Translations under genes and position numbers: made by a program
The notes under the pieces: model-generated
The model's input: the letters and a program-made list of their open reading frames with translations, nothing else
The model's database searches: none
Told to the model about the DNA's origin: nothing
Source of the DNA: Cetorhinus maximus
Taxonomy: Eukaryota
Direction: 5' to 3'
Length of the DNA: 64,000 bases
Assembly: GCF_964194155.1 (NCBI RefSeq)
Contig: NC_135896.1
Span: forward strand, 11,966,001-12,030,000
In this document: one piece after another, positions 1-12,409 of the stretch
Numbering within the stretch: position 1 is the stretch's first letter
Layout: each line of letters opens with the position of its first letter

Positions 1-133
1 CACAAACTGCCCATGATCATGGAGTTTTGAGTTCTGAAGATCAGCTCTGTCTGCAATAAAACTCAACTTCACAACAGGCTGATTTTTCTAATGATTAAAT
101 GGCAAATGTCAAAACATTTTGAATTTTTCTTAC

Positions 134-228
134 AGGATCAGCGGGTTTGGTGAGTGTCCATGTCATTATTGTTGACAACAGAATGAATATCTTTGGGCCC
201 TCAAAATTTTCCATCTCTGAATGTAGCG
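134..228 (-). CDS. AK7: Adenylate kinase 7, coding exon 4 (gene continues beyond left edge)
   Basis: cag|CG CTA...CCT|gtaag, 95 nt; (A)LHSEMENFEGPKIFILLSTIMTWTLTKPADP matches recalled human AK7 [32 protein letters not shown]; phase fits exon 3. Confidence 0.93.
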
Positions 229-829
229 CTGCAAGTAGAAAAGGAGACAAAAAATAAATATTAGCCTTTAGCATTCTTTCATTATTTACTTATCTGGTCC
301 TGAATAAGCCAAGGAAATGTATGTTTATACAGAAAAGTATTTTTTAATATATTTGCATGCCTCTGAGTTTCAGAGGTGATTCATAACTTGGTGAGCTCTC
401 TCCTGTGCCATACTTCATTAGTTTGAATGCTGGATGCTCCAGTAGGCTCATCATGTTTGTCGCTGCTTGGGAAATGGGGTCAGGCTGCAGTTGGCAGCAA
501 TATTCAACTGCTCTTCATATACAAAATGTCCAACTAGTTATAATGAACTTTATATAGATTACATAAATATTACAGCACAGAAACAGGCCAGTCAGCCAAA
601 CTGGTCTATACCAGTGTTCTGCTCCACACAAGCCTCCTTCATCCAACTCTATCAGTATATCCTTCTATTCCTTTCTTCATCATATGCTTCCCCTTAAATA
701 CATCCCTGCTATTTGCCTCAACTACTCCTTATTGTAGCAAGTTCCACATTCGAACCACTCTGGGTAAAGAAGTTTCTCCGGAATTCCTCATTGGATTTAT
801 TAAATATCTTATTTTTATGATCCCTGACA

Positions 830-1170
830 CAAGTCAAAAGAAAGGCGAGTGGAGAACAGAGGACAAGGAGCAAAGGAGGGGAGGGAGGAGTTGATGAGAA
901 GAGCAGAGGGGAGGAAAGAAGAGGAATGGAGGGTAGGAGAAAAGAGGGGAGAAGAGAAGGGAATGGAAGAGGAGGAAGGTTGGGGGGGAAGGGAGCAAGG
1001 GGCTGGGAGGAAATAGTAAAGGGGGAGACTGAAGATGAGGTGCAAAGATTTTCAGAGGAGATGGAGTAGAGGTGTGTCAAGGGATGGGAGGAGAAAGATA
1101 GAGGAATGGGAGGAAAGAAAAAGAGAGAAGAATGAGAGGGGACAGAGTGGGGAAGAAAGGGAAGAGGAAG
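830..1170. repeat. Polypurine (GA-rich) low-complexity tract
   Basis: Almost all G/A on + strand; generates the spurious P/S/L-rich ORFs at 718-1253. Confidence 0.85.
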
Positions 1171-1382
1171 GCCACAACCAAACAGGAAAGGTCATTTTAT
1201 CTCTGAGGTTGTTCAATTTGCTATGCATCCTGTGTTTCTTACATTTCTTTTAAAAATAAATATTTATTTCCCTGCTTTGTTGATTCATAAATGAGTTACT
1301 ATTGTTTCTTCCAGATGATCCTACAATCATTAAGTCACGTAATGTTATGCTCATAGCACCACCTAAAAGTGGAATGTTGAGA

Positions 1383-1945
1383 CAACAACAATAATTTGCA
1401 TTTACGTAGCATCTTTGATGTAATAAAGAACCTCAAGATGCTTCAGAAACATTATCAAACAAAATATACCAAGTCATGCAAGGAAGTATTGGGACTGATG
1501 ACCTAAAGCTCAAAGAGGTAGGCTTTAAGGAGTGTCTTAAAGGAAGAAAGGGAGGTAGAGAGGCAGGGAGGTTTAGGGTGCGAATTCCAGAGTTTAGGAT
1601 CTAGACAGTTGAAGTCACTGACATCAAAGATGGAGTGATTAAAATTGGGAATGGTCAAGAAATCATAATTAGAGGAGCACAGATACCTTGGTGTGTTGTG
1701 TAGCTGGAGGAGATTGCATAGATAGGGAGGGGTGAGGGCCCTGAAGGGATTTGAAAACAAGGATGGGAATATTAAAATCAAGGTGTTGTTTAACCAGGAT
1801 CCAATGTAGATCAATGAACAGTGTAGGGGTGATGGGTGAACAGCATTTAGAGCCCATTAGGACACGCACAGCAAAGTTTTGGATGACATCAAGTTTACAG
1901 AGGGGAGAATGTGGGAGGCCATCCAGCAGTGCATTAGAAAGCTCA
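1383..1945 (-). mobile_element. L2-clade LINE 3' fragment
   Basis: ORF 1503..1814 has PPYLCNLLQ...KLWNSHPKP...SLSSFKTLLKAYLF (typical L2 ORF2 C-terminus); tail ends in short (GTT)-type repeats; several related copies in window. Confidence 0.8.
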
Positions 1946-2188
1946 ACTTTTTAAATACTTAATGTATATCATAAGCATCTTGAACTTAAACTCAATAAGA
2001 TCCCTAGATACCCTAAAATGTCATATTAAACTACAATAAAAAGGGTAGATTTTTCTATCACGTTCATTCAATTTACAGACTGATCAGAAAACTAGCCAGA
2101 GATCAATTATATTGAATAATTTCCCAAATCATGCCTCTACAGAAAATGACTAAGCAGCAGGTAACAGGAAATGTCCACCTGAAATAGT

Positions 2189-3463
2189 GGCTGGGATTTT
2201 CCGTGCCCGCCAGCGTCGGGCATGTTCAGTGGCGTGAGCGGACAATATGGCATGATCAGTTTCATGACGGCGTGAAACTAGTTTGTGATTGTCTGCTCAG
2301 CCAGCCAATGACGGGCCGCGTCTCCTGCCATTGGATGTCAGGAACCTCATTGTAATACATCAGCATATCATCATAAGGCCAGCAGGCTGGACTCAGCAGC
2401 CCCCTGCCCGCTAGATTGTCCGCCTTCGTCGGCCGGAAAACACGCCAACGTGTTTCACAACAGCACATAAGCAACGTGCACTTGGCGAGCTGCACTTCAC
2501 TCGGGACTTCAAGGTTTGTTTGCCTACCTCGATTTGATCAACACTCGCAATCATCAGCGCCAGGCTTCACAGACAGCACCACATCATTTTTAGTGGGGCT
2601 CACGGATCTCTACCTACCAAACCAACCAAATGTGTGTGGCTTTACAATGGCTGCAGGGCAAGGTCTTGCTTGGGAAAGAGGGAGAAGTGGCATCAGGCAA
2701 GAGAAGAGGCTGCAGGACAAGAGCTGTACTGGGGACGGAGGATATCCCAGGGTGTCAGTGGGGGCACATGTTGATCTGTGCAAGTGGCCTCAAGATGGTG
2801 AGGGCTGAGGAGGCAGTCTCCAGAGGACATGTGAGGGTATGTGTGTGAGAATAGGTGGTGATGTCCCTTGAGCTGGCAGTGAGTGAGATGCCAGTGAATG
2901 TGTGATGGGCTTAATTGTGTGAGTTTAGTAATGAGATGGTTGCCATACCCTGGCTGCACGGATGAGATCATTCATTCTCTCTTTGCATTGGATAGCCAAC
3001 CTCTTCTGTGCAGCATTGGCACTGACCACCACTGCCACCACTTGCCACGCTGGATTGGTGAAGCTACTGCCCGTCCTGCAGCCAGAGCGGGGGTAGAGGA
3101 CATCACGGCGGCCTCCAGGGTGTCCAAATGGTACTTCAGTGATGCGTCACTAAACCTGGGGGCTGCAGTCTTTTTGCCTTTTGTGGACATCTTTCCTGCA
3201 GTAGTCGTGGGCTGGAAGCACTGAGATGTGTGTGTGCACTGGACTTTAAACATGGTGCCTGGCGTGCTGAAGTGGCGAGGTGATGGAGTGATGGACAAAT
3301 AAGAGCCCGCCTGCCATGGAAACGGCTTGTTTCCCAGTAATGCATAAGTTATGAGGCGGGTTTGAGATGATACGGTGTGAAAACCAATCTTCACAGCCGC
3401 GGGTAAAACATCGTTTTAGCCGGCCGCTACTGCACTTAGTGCAAATCTGGGACGATTCCGCCC
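2189..3463 (-). mobile_element. Non-autonomous PIF/Harbinger element with remnant Myb/SANT gene
   Basis: Imperfect TIRs GGCTGGGATTTTCC / GGACGATTCCGCCC, 3-bp TSD AGT on both sides; minus-strand MSTKGKKTAAPRFSDASLKYHLDTLEA resembles Harbinger Myb/SANT protein N-terminus, frameshifted. Confidence 0.75.
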
Positions 3464-5242
3464 AGTGTTAGTTACACTTAAATAATAAAACATTCTGAAG
3501 AATTACCACAATTCTAGCAAATAAAATAGCATTTAAAAATAATTTTTATATGAGACTAAGCCAGACTGTTCGCAATCTTGGCGTCATGTTTGACCCTGAG
3601 ATGAGCTTTTGATCACATAACTGCGCCATCATTAAGATCACCTATTTCTAACTCCCTAACATCGCCCAGCCTATGAGGTTGGGTGCATGGTGAGGCAAAT
3701 CCTCTTCACTCTTACTCCATGTAGTGCAAACTCCACTTTGCAGTTATAAAAAACTGATTGGGTGCCGGCAGACTGAAACACAGCCTCACCCCTCCCCATC
3801 TCTGTAACCTCCTCCAAGATCTCTTTTGTCAGCTTTTGTCAAAGATTGGAAATGGATTGAGAAGCAAGGATTTTGGGCCTCCAATTCTGCCGCTTCTTTA
3901 TTAATTGCCTGCATCTCTTTAAATTTCAGACACTGCAGCTTGCCTTCCACCCATGTTCAATTTTGCATCTGGAGCTACGCATAATGGTGTAAATGAGATG
4001 GGCAAGGAAAATTGTGTGGAATTGAGCTTCACTTTGACTGACTTTGTATCTGTTTCTAAGCACATCACCTTGTATCAGAAAATCTACCCTTGGTGATTAA
4101 ATACCATATTTATTAACATACTGTGCGCCATGAATGAGGTCAGTAGTCTGGGTACTAAACATAATTGCCATGTCAATGATATACCTACTCCAGCATGGAC
4201 TGGTTTGGCTGAATGGCATGTTTCTGTGATGAATATCCTATGTAATCCTAGTCACACCTAGGAAGCACCTCACTCCATCTTCCGAATATGTAATGCTCAG
4301 TGGCAGGAATAGTGGCCTTTAAAGCTAGCTTCCATCTGACAAAAACCCTTGTTAATAAAAGTTTCTCCAACAGCTGATAGCTGGGTGGCAGAAGATAAAA
4401 GGTCATGTTTTCAACTTCAAACAAGCTGCATGGGAAGAAGAGACAATAGGAAGAAAAAAGCGAGAACAGGGAGCACAGGTCGAATGTTTTACAGTTTTAT
4501 TTTTATGCAAATATGTTTATGTTGGTATATTTTCTGTAAGTTAGTTAATATTCTAGTATTAAAGCCATTGTTTCCCTGAACTTGCCGACATGGTAAGGAT
4601 AAATAATAGAATTGTTTTTTGATTATACGATGCACAATAGCACACTTAGACCAATAAAAATGCCAAATTAAAATTGTTTAGTTTTAAGCTCCCACCTCAT
4701 TAAAAATTTAAAGGACTAAGTGCAGGCTTCTATCATTGCTAATTCAAGTGGAATGCAAGTTACCCTAGATACTGATAAAGGCATTGGCACGCATACAGAC
4801 CACAAATAAAGTGGAGCCACACTGAAGATCAGAACAAGCGATTAGTCACACTATAACCTAAACACCATGATAGTGTGTATTTTATCAGAGCCCTTTACAG
4901 ATTAAATCCCACTGACAAGAGATAAGTTGCATATCTCAACATTACCATTGTCTATTTGTGTGTCTCAGCTTTCTAAGGAGAGGATAACTCAGCATGGGCT
5001 CTGCTCTATATTAGTGGGTGAAAGTACAAGGTCTCCTTTACAGTTTTAATGACATTCAGCACACCACTTCTTTAACAAATGAAATATTTGCATCTTCACT
5101 GACAGGTAATTAAGGCAAGGATTTTTAATTTGATCTTGATCATTTAGGGAACTAACCAGGTGAAAGAAATTGATCAGATGATACATAATTATTGTTGAAA
5201 AAGCAAAAGGAAAAGTAGGAAAAGGAAATGGTAAATAAGAAC

Positions 5243-5351
5243 CTGAAACAGCCCAAGCGGCTTCATCAATTTGCTCTGTTGATTCTGTGATGTTATAGAT
5301 AATGATGTCGCAGTCCAGAAGATATTCCAATAGGTGCTCCCGTGTATTAAA
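5243..5351 (-). CDS. AK7: Adenylate kinase 7, coding exon 3
   Basis: cag|TTT...TCA G|gttctt, 109 nt; [36 protein letters not shown] vs human [36 protein letters not shown]. Confidence 0.93.
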
Positions 5352-5689
5352 CTGAAATAAGATGTGAAAAATAAAGAAAACTACCTTTTTACAGATGTTT
5401 CATTAAATGATTTCCAGATATTTATATAATTTTACCTTTTTAATAAAGATTTCCCAAAAAATGTGTAAGATGGCAACTTTCAAATCCCTGTTTATAATTT
5501 GTGTCTAAACTCTAAAGAGAACGGCAGTGCATATTGGCAGTTGGTTTTTGCAATACTTCGAGCATATCAAAGTCAAACTGTTCCAATGGAGATTTAAAGC
5601 TTTTGTTTACTTTGACATGTTATATTATTAACTTTCAATTCAATTTTCTTCCCTCTTCTCTTGCTAAGCCTCTCTAGTATCACTCCCAA

Positions 5690-5945
5690 ATGGCTATTTT
5701 TCATGTGTGGCTGGAGATAGTGATTTTCAGCAGACTGTTTGACTGTGGAGGGCATCGGAGTTAAGCTCAGTCTTAAGACTCATTCAATACCAATGCATAC
5801 AGACTCTCCAGCAGGGGGTCACTAGAATAGAAACCAAGATCGGGATCCCTGGTTGGATTTCCCCCTTTCTAGCTCAGAGGCATGAATGCCAATTATGGCA
5901 AGTGGGACCAGCTAACTGAGTGCAGACCCAATATTGAACCTGAAA
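5690..5945 (-). mobile_element. Old degraded SINE-like repeat
   Basis: B-box-like end (ttgaacctg); similar fragments near 33290-33560, 36110-36360 and 47610-47830. Confidence 0.45.
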
Positions 5946-5957
5946 TAAAAACACTAG

Positions 5958-6646
5958 GGGCAGGGCTTTTAGTTCAGTGGGCGCACGCTATCAGCGAGCC
6001 TGGGAGCAGCCGGGGAACAGACCGCCAACCGCGATCGGCCCCTGACCTCAATTTCACGCTGGCTGGCCAGTTAACGGCCAGCCAGCATGAAAAGCATGCT
6101 GAAATGCTCAGCGCTGCCAGGGTGGAGGCAAGAGGAGGGTGGGCACTGATGTAAGCACGGGCGCAGGGGAGCGTGGAATGAAAGCTCCCTGAAGGCAGAC
6201 AGCTGCCTCAGGGAGCTGAGGAATTTAAAAGCAATGAATAAAGGTTTTGAGATGCAGGAAAAAATGTCCACATATTAGAATCAGTCACCTGAAAAAATAG
6301 ATGATGAAAATTATGTCCAAACTTTTTTTTAAATTAATAACGGAAACCTCATCCTGCCCTTGGATGAGGTTTTATCAAAAAGGCAAAGTTCGCCTGGCAA
6401 ATTCGCCCATCCGCCAACCGTAAGGTTGGACGGACCACAAAAAGTCTGACTGAATTGGAGCTTTAATGGGCTTAATTGCCCTCTTAGTTGTCGTCCGGTG
6501 TGCTTCCAACTTTCGCGCACACCTGCCAACCAAAATATCGCGTGAGTATGGGATGACATCAGGACATTCTCCTGATGTCATCACGCGCTAATTTACACTT
6601 GAGCGGATTGGGCTCATGCCCACATGCCTAGCTAAAAATTCTACCC
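5958..6646. mobile_element. Harbinger-type MITE
   Basis: TIRs GGGCAGGGCTTTTAG / CTAAAAATTCTACCC (11/15 match), 3-bp TSD TAG on both sides, CpG-rich non-coding interior. Confidence 0.75.
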
Positions 6647-6669
6647 TAGGAAAAGAAAAATGAAAAGAA

Positions 6670-7070
6670 AAAGAAAATGCTGGAAATACTCAGCAGGTCT
6701 GGCAGCATCTGTGAAGAAAGAAACAGAGTTAATGTCTCAGGTCGATGACGTTTCAACAGAACTGGGAAAAGTTAGAGATGTAACAGGCTTAAAGTGAGTA
6801 CAGAGATAGGGAAAGGCGGGAGGGTGCAAAGAGAACAAAAGGTAAGGTATGAGGTGGTTGCCAGGAGAGATTAAATGAGAAAAGGCTCAAGGCAAAAGGC
6901 AGTGTTAGTAGGACAAGTAAAGAAACAAGATGTGGGTCTAGAGGAGGTGTGAATGGCATAATCATGCCATTCAAGAACAAAATAAGGGGCAAAAACGAAA
7001 AAAAAAACAAAACTAGCAAAGAAAAAGGAAACAAAATGGGGACAGAGGTTGAACCTGAAACCTGATTTAC
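6670..7070 (-). mobile_element. Penelope-like element 3' terminal fragment
   Basis: Shares the gctggaaatactcagcaggtctggcagcatctgtg terminus with the GIY-YIG-bearing copies at 56.3-58.2 kb. Confidence 0.7.
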
Positions 7071-8261
7071 AAAACTTTGTACCATACCATCAATTTTATA
7101 GATTTTATTTCACTGTTGCTCCAGTAATATTTAAAAACACTATTACTTAATGGGAACAGCTAATTTGACAATTTATGTGATAAAAGAAAAACTGGAAATG
7201 TGAAATAAAGCTGAAAGTTGATGGTAATGCATAGTGGGTTTATTAATATCTAAAAAAGAAAGGCAGATTAAGGTTTCAGGTGCGATCTTTCATCAGAACT
7301 GGCACAGTTAACAACAATAATGTGCTGCCTTTAAAGCAGCAAAATCTCCCAAACTCCTTCAGAGGTTCAGGTCAAACCTCCCAATGCAAGAGTTGTGATG
7401 GAATTAAGGAAGGTAGATAAGATATTGTTGAGGAGATAGGTTTCAAGAAGCTTTTTGAAACTGGGGGTATATGAAGGTCTCTCACTTTTGGCGAGGCTTC
7501 CAGAGCATTGGAGGGAAATGGTTCTGCCACCAATGGTAGATCAGGGGAGGACAGGATGCAAACAGAAACATTTATTGAAGACAATGAAGATTCTAAGGTT
7601 GACATGTTGAGGGATGGAGAGCTAATGAAGGTTGGTAAGAAAAGGGGTAACATTCCAGGTAACAGAGTTCTGGATGTTGGAGTTTATATAGGCTAAAAGT
7701 GGGGGCGTCAATGAAGAAGCCATTAGAAAAGTAAGGCTGGGGAAACCCCTCTTACACAATTGATGAGAATAGTTCTAAGAAAGTAAAGAGAGGAGGGGAA
7801 TACAGCAGCATGTAGTACAGACAAGACAAAGATAGGAAAGACAAAAGAGTGCTTTTGTATGGAAACAGCAGTATGTGAATGACACCTATTGGGAGGATCC
7901 ACGCTGAAAATGGGGTAAGACAGTTAAACTCTGTAGTTGCTGCAGTGAACATTGAGACCAGATGTCTTCTTCAGCCTCACTGTGGCAGTTCTGATGAAGG
8001 TTACACTTGAAACCTTCACCCAAGGTTCCTTTCAGATTCTGTTTGGCCTGTTGTACATGTGCAGCATTTTTCCATTTCCCTTTGTGCAATGAGGCTTTGA
8101 CAATCAACTTTGCTACGTACCAAGCAGTAGTGACCTGATAAGGAACCGGGAACATACAGACTTATCTTTGCCTAATTGTAAAAGCTCCAGTCCTGTTAGT
8201 AAATTTAAAAATAATAGTCTTAGGAATATTTTTGCTTCAAAAGGTGAATTTGAGAACTTAC

Positions 8262-8441
8262 AGAGAAGATTTCAAAAGCAAAATCAGGCTTCCTGGCATC
8301 AGGATTACTCAATGTTCCCACCACCTGGTACGTCCCTTTGACGATTTGAAAACTTTTGATTGTTTCAGCCTCTTCCTCAACAAGTTCTTCATCTTCTTTT
8401 GGTTCCTCCAGCGATGCTCCAACCACACAGCTAGATAGGTG
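8262..8441 (-). CDS. AK7: Adenylate kinase 7, coding exon 2
   Basis: ccag|CAC...TCT|gtaagt, 180 nt; HLSSCVVGASLEE...GTYQVVGTLSNPDARKPDFAFEIFS vs human FLSNCVVGASLEE...[25 protein letters not shown]. Confidence 0.95.
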
Positions 8442-8479
8442 CTGGAAATGAATCAGGTATCAGAATTCAACCTTTGAGT

Positions 8480-9050
8480 TCACAGAACCATAGAATAGTA
8501 CAGCACAGAAGGAGTCATTCAATTCATCAAGTCTATGATGGCTCACCTGAGGTGCAATCCAGTTGGTTCCATTCCCCGTGCTCTCCCCTATACCCCTGCA
8601 ATTTTTTTCTCTTTCATGTATTTATCCAATTCTCTTTTGAAAGTTACTATTGAATCTGTATCCACCACTCTTATCAGGCAGTGCATTCCGAATCCTAATC
8701 ACTTGTTCTGTAAAAAAGCTTTCCTTCATGACAAATTTGGTTCTTTTTCAAATCATCTTAAACCTGTGCCCTCTGGTTATCAACTCTTTAGCCATTGGAA
8801 ATAGTTTATCTTTTTACTTACTCTATCTAAACCCTTCATAATCTTAAACACCTCTATCAACTCTCCTCTTAGCTTTTCCTCTGCTCTAAGGGGACCAACC
8901 CCAGCTTCTCCAGCCTATGCATGTAACTGTAATTCCTCTTACCTGGAACCATTCTAGTATCTTCTCTAAAGTTATCATGTCCTTCTTAAAGTGTGGTGCC
9001 CAGAATTGGACACAATACTCCAGCTGAAGCCAAACTAGTATTGTATAGCT
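8480..9050 (-). mobile_element. CR1 LINE 3' fragment
   Basis: Minus strand encodes degenerate QLEYCVQFWAP; CR1-type tail (attctatggttct) near 8485. Confidence 0.8.
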
Positions 9051-10064
9051 TAGCATAAGAATCAGAGTTACAAATACATAATTACATAAATTATATAAGA
9101 GCTACAAATCAAAATCTGCTGATGGAACCTACATCATATTACAAAGAGATTGAGTGTTTTTGTACAGTTCTGCAACAGCATTATTAACTTTCAGTACTGT
9201 CAATTTTAGCAGAGGTCAGTTTGGTCAAGGTGTCATGATGGAAGCATATAAAAGAGGAATTTCCGTACTCTGAAAACTAAGGCAGTGTATCTTACCACAG
9301 CCAATGAGAACCTTAACAAAACTTTGGCAGTAAACTAATGGCATCAGATTGTCCACCTGTTATACGGCCTGCCCAATTTTTGGCTGCTCTGATACTGCCT
9401 GCTTTATATGCTCTTCAATGCATTCGCTCCTTGCTTTGATTAAATTAATTTTTTCTGGACTCAGAAGCTATCTTGCCGAACTGTGTGCCTTCTACTTATG
9501 TGCCTGAAACTACTCATCAGGAGTTTAATCACTTGCTTTCATGATGTAATCAAGTTAAGTTGAAACCAGCCCCTATTTTCTAAACACAGTCTAAAGATGG
9601 TTTATCAAATGTTTTTTTGATGTGTTTTGCTGTGTTCATTCATGAAAATGCAATGTAGGAACAAGTTCATAAAATGGCGGAGGCACACTGTATTAAGGGA
9701 AGATGAATTTCACAAATCATAAGCTAAATACAGATAACGAGCACCATTCATCCCATCTCAGTTCGTCCATCAAGAAAGACAGTACAAACTCCTCAACACA
9801 GCATCCAAGTGTTTCTCAAATTGATTCCAACCATGTTTCCATCACTGTCCTACACTCTGTATTGACTAACCATTATCTGAAAACTTCTAGACATCAGCCC
9901 TAAGTTTGTCTTTGAACCTGCATTACTCATAGGTTTAGGTTAAATTATTGTTCTGATCCATCTTTTCTATATTCTACACATTACCTCTCAATTGCCACCC
10001 TTACACAGTGAAAATCTTTCATTTTCTCCAGTCTTATCACCCAGTAATCCTAGAATCATGATAA

Positions 10065-11220
10065 GAACATAAGAAATAGAAGCAGGGGTAGGCTATTTGG
10101 CCCCTCAAACCTGTTTCATCATTCAATACGATCATGGTTCAGATCTTGACCTATTCTCCACTTTCCAGCCTGTTCTCTATATCTCTTGACTCTCTCGAAG
10201 TTCAAAGATCTGTCTACTTCAGCCTTGATTTACCCAGCCTCCGCTGCTCTCTGGGGTAGAGAATTCCAAAGATTAACAATCCTCTGAGAGAAAAAATTCC
10301 AACTCCCCATCATTTTCATCTACGCTCGACAGGGAATCAGTGGATTTGGCTTTTTGCTTTGCCTTCACCTTTTCATCTCATTGCACCTATAACTCAAGTC
10401 CCCCATCTGTTCTTCTGATTGTTGGACTTACAGATAAAACTTGATAATATTTCCAAATACATGAAGCTCCTCCCTATGCAGGGAACCACACTGATAATTA
10501 CTGATAAGACTAGCTTGATCAGTAAGAAGAAAACGAGTATACACCTTTGCAGTCACCGTGTTAGGTACTCCGTCAGTGATCTAATGATCTTTGCGTTACC
10601 CTTCCTGGGCATTGAGTGTTGTGTCCGGTTTGCCAAATCACATTAAAGTGGTAGTTCAGAAAAGAGCCGTCTCTATTTCCCAGTTCCAGAGAGCCATAAA
10701 TTGCGACCAGGGAAATTCATAAGGAGCAGCAATCAAATGAAGAAAACCAAACCTGCAGAGTGAGAGATGTTCAAGGAATAACTTGATCAGTTCAGTTGAA
10801 ATGCAGTGGGAACCAACATTAGGAAGGATGTCATGGTCTTAGAGAGGATGAAGAGATTTAGAACGATACCAGCGATGTGGGACTTCAATTACATGGGAAT
10901 ATTAGAGAAACTGGAGTCATTCTCCTTAAAGCAGAGAAGTTTGAGGGGAGAATATTTTAATAGAGCAAATAAGGAAAAGCTGTTTCAAGGGGCAGAAAGA
11001 TTGACAACCAAAGGGCACAGAGTTAAGGTGATTGGCCAAAGAACAGAATGCAAGATATTATGCTCCATGAGGGAAACATCCTCTTAGCATCCACTCTGTC
11101 AAGCTCCCTCAGAATATGTTTCAATAAGGTCACCTCTCATTCTTCTAAGCTCCAATGAGTAAAGGCCCTACCTGCTGCATCTTTCCTCATTAGACAGCCC
11201 CTTCATTCCAGGAATCTTCT
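10065..11220 (-). mobile_element. CR1 LINE 3' fragment split by the left arm of the inverted duplication
   Basis: 10065-10300 and 11070-11220 align collinearly to the uninterrupted CR1 copy at ~50.0-50.4 kb. Confidence 0.75.
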
Positions 11221-12166
11221 CTGATGCATATGAGACTGCATAAGAAGGAGGCTATTTGGCCCTTTGTGCTGGTGCCAGCTCTTTGAAAGAGCTATCCAAT
11301 CAGTCCCAATTCCTTGCCCTTTACCCCATTGCCCTTGAAGTATTTAAATAAAATTTATTTTTGAAAGCTATTATTGATTCTGCTTCCACCACCATTTCAG
11401 GCAGTGCATTCTAGAACATAACATCTCGCATTCTGTTCTTTGGCCAATCACCTTAAATCTGTGCCCTTTGGTTGTCAATCTTTCTGCCCCTTGAAACAGC
11501 TTTTCCTTATTTGCTCTATTAATTCTCCCCTCAAACTTCTCTGCTTTAAGGAGAATGACTCCAGTTTCTCTAATATCGCCATGTAATTGAAGTCCCACAT
11601 CTCTGGTATCGTTCTAAATCTCTTCATCCTCTCTGAGACCATGACATCCTTCCTAATGTTGGTTACTACTGCATTTCAACTGAACTGATCAAGTTATTCC
11701 TTGAACACCTCTCACTCTGCATGATCGGTTTTCTTCATTTTATTGCTGCTCCTTATGAATTCCCCTGGTAGCAATTTATGGCTCTCTGGAACTGGGAAAT
11801 AGAGACAGCTCTTTTCTGAACTACCATTTTAATGTGATTTGGCAAACTGGGCACAACACTCAATGCCCAGGAAGGGTAATGCAAAGATCATTAGATCACT
11901 GACGGAGTACCTAACACGGTGACTGCAAAGGTGTATACTCGTTTTCTTCTTACTGATCAAGCTAGTCTATCACAATTATTAGTGTGGTTCCCTGCATAGG
12001 GAGGAGCTTCATGTATTTGGAAATATTATCAAGTTTTATCTGTAAGTCCAACAATCAGAAGAACAGATGGGGGACTTGAGTTATAGATGCAATGAGATGA
12101 AAAGGTGAAGGCAAAGCAAAAAGCCAAATCCACTGATTCCCTGTCGAGTGTAGATGAAAATGATGG
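10307..12166. repeat. Long inverted duplication (arms ~10307-11065 and ~11414-12166, spacer ~350 bp)
   Basis: Arms are reverse complements along their whole length, with about 30 differences counted by eye (~95-96% identity). Confidence 0.95.
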
Positions 12167-12409
12167 ATGGCCTCCCGACTCTCAGAACTTCTCGCACAAC
12201 AGCTGCTGATACACACATGGCGGGGATAAATAAAATGCATTCTGAATCTCGTGGTCCTACGTCAGGGGCCAGGAATACCTCCAACTGAAGTTGCCAACTA
12301 TTATTGTCAGGTGGCCAGTACCAGAAATTTATGGGAGGGAGGGCAATGGTTGGACGGTTGTACAGTTGGATGTTAAGTAACACACCCTTCCAGAATTTTC
12401 CCAACCAGA

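Noticed and set aside
1-80. Possible AK7 exon 5 (two AG acceptor-like sites on the minus strand)
   Set aside because: Translation does not resemble the expected EDSEVPFTEEDYRRRK segment; exon 5 lies outside the window.
718-1253. Pro/Ser/Leu-rich and Glu/Arg-rich ORFs
   Set aside because: By-products of the polypurine tract.
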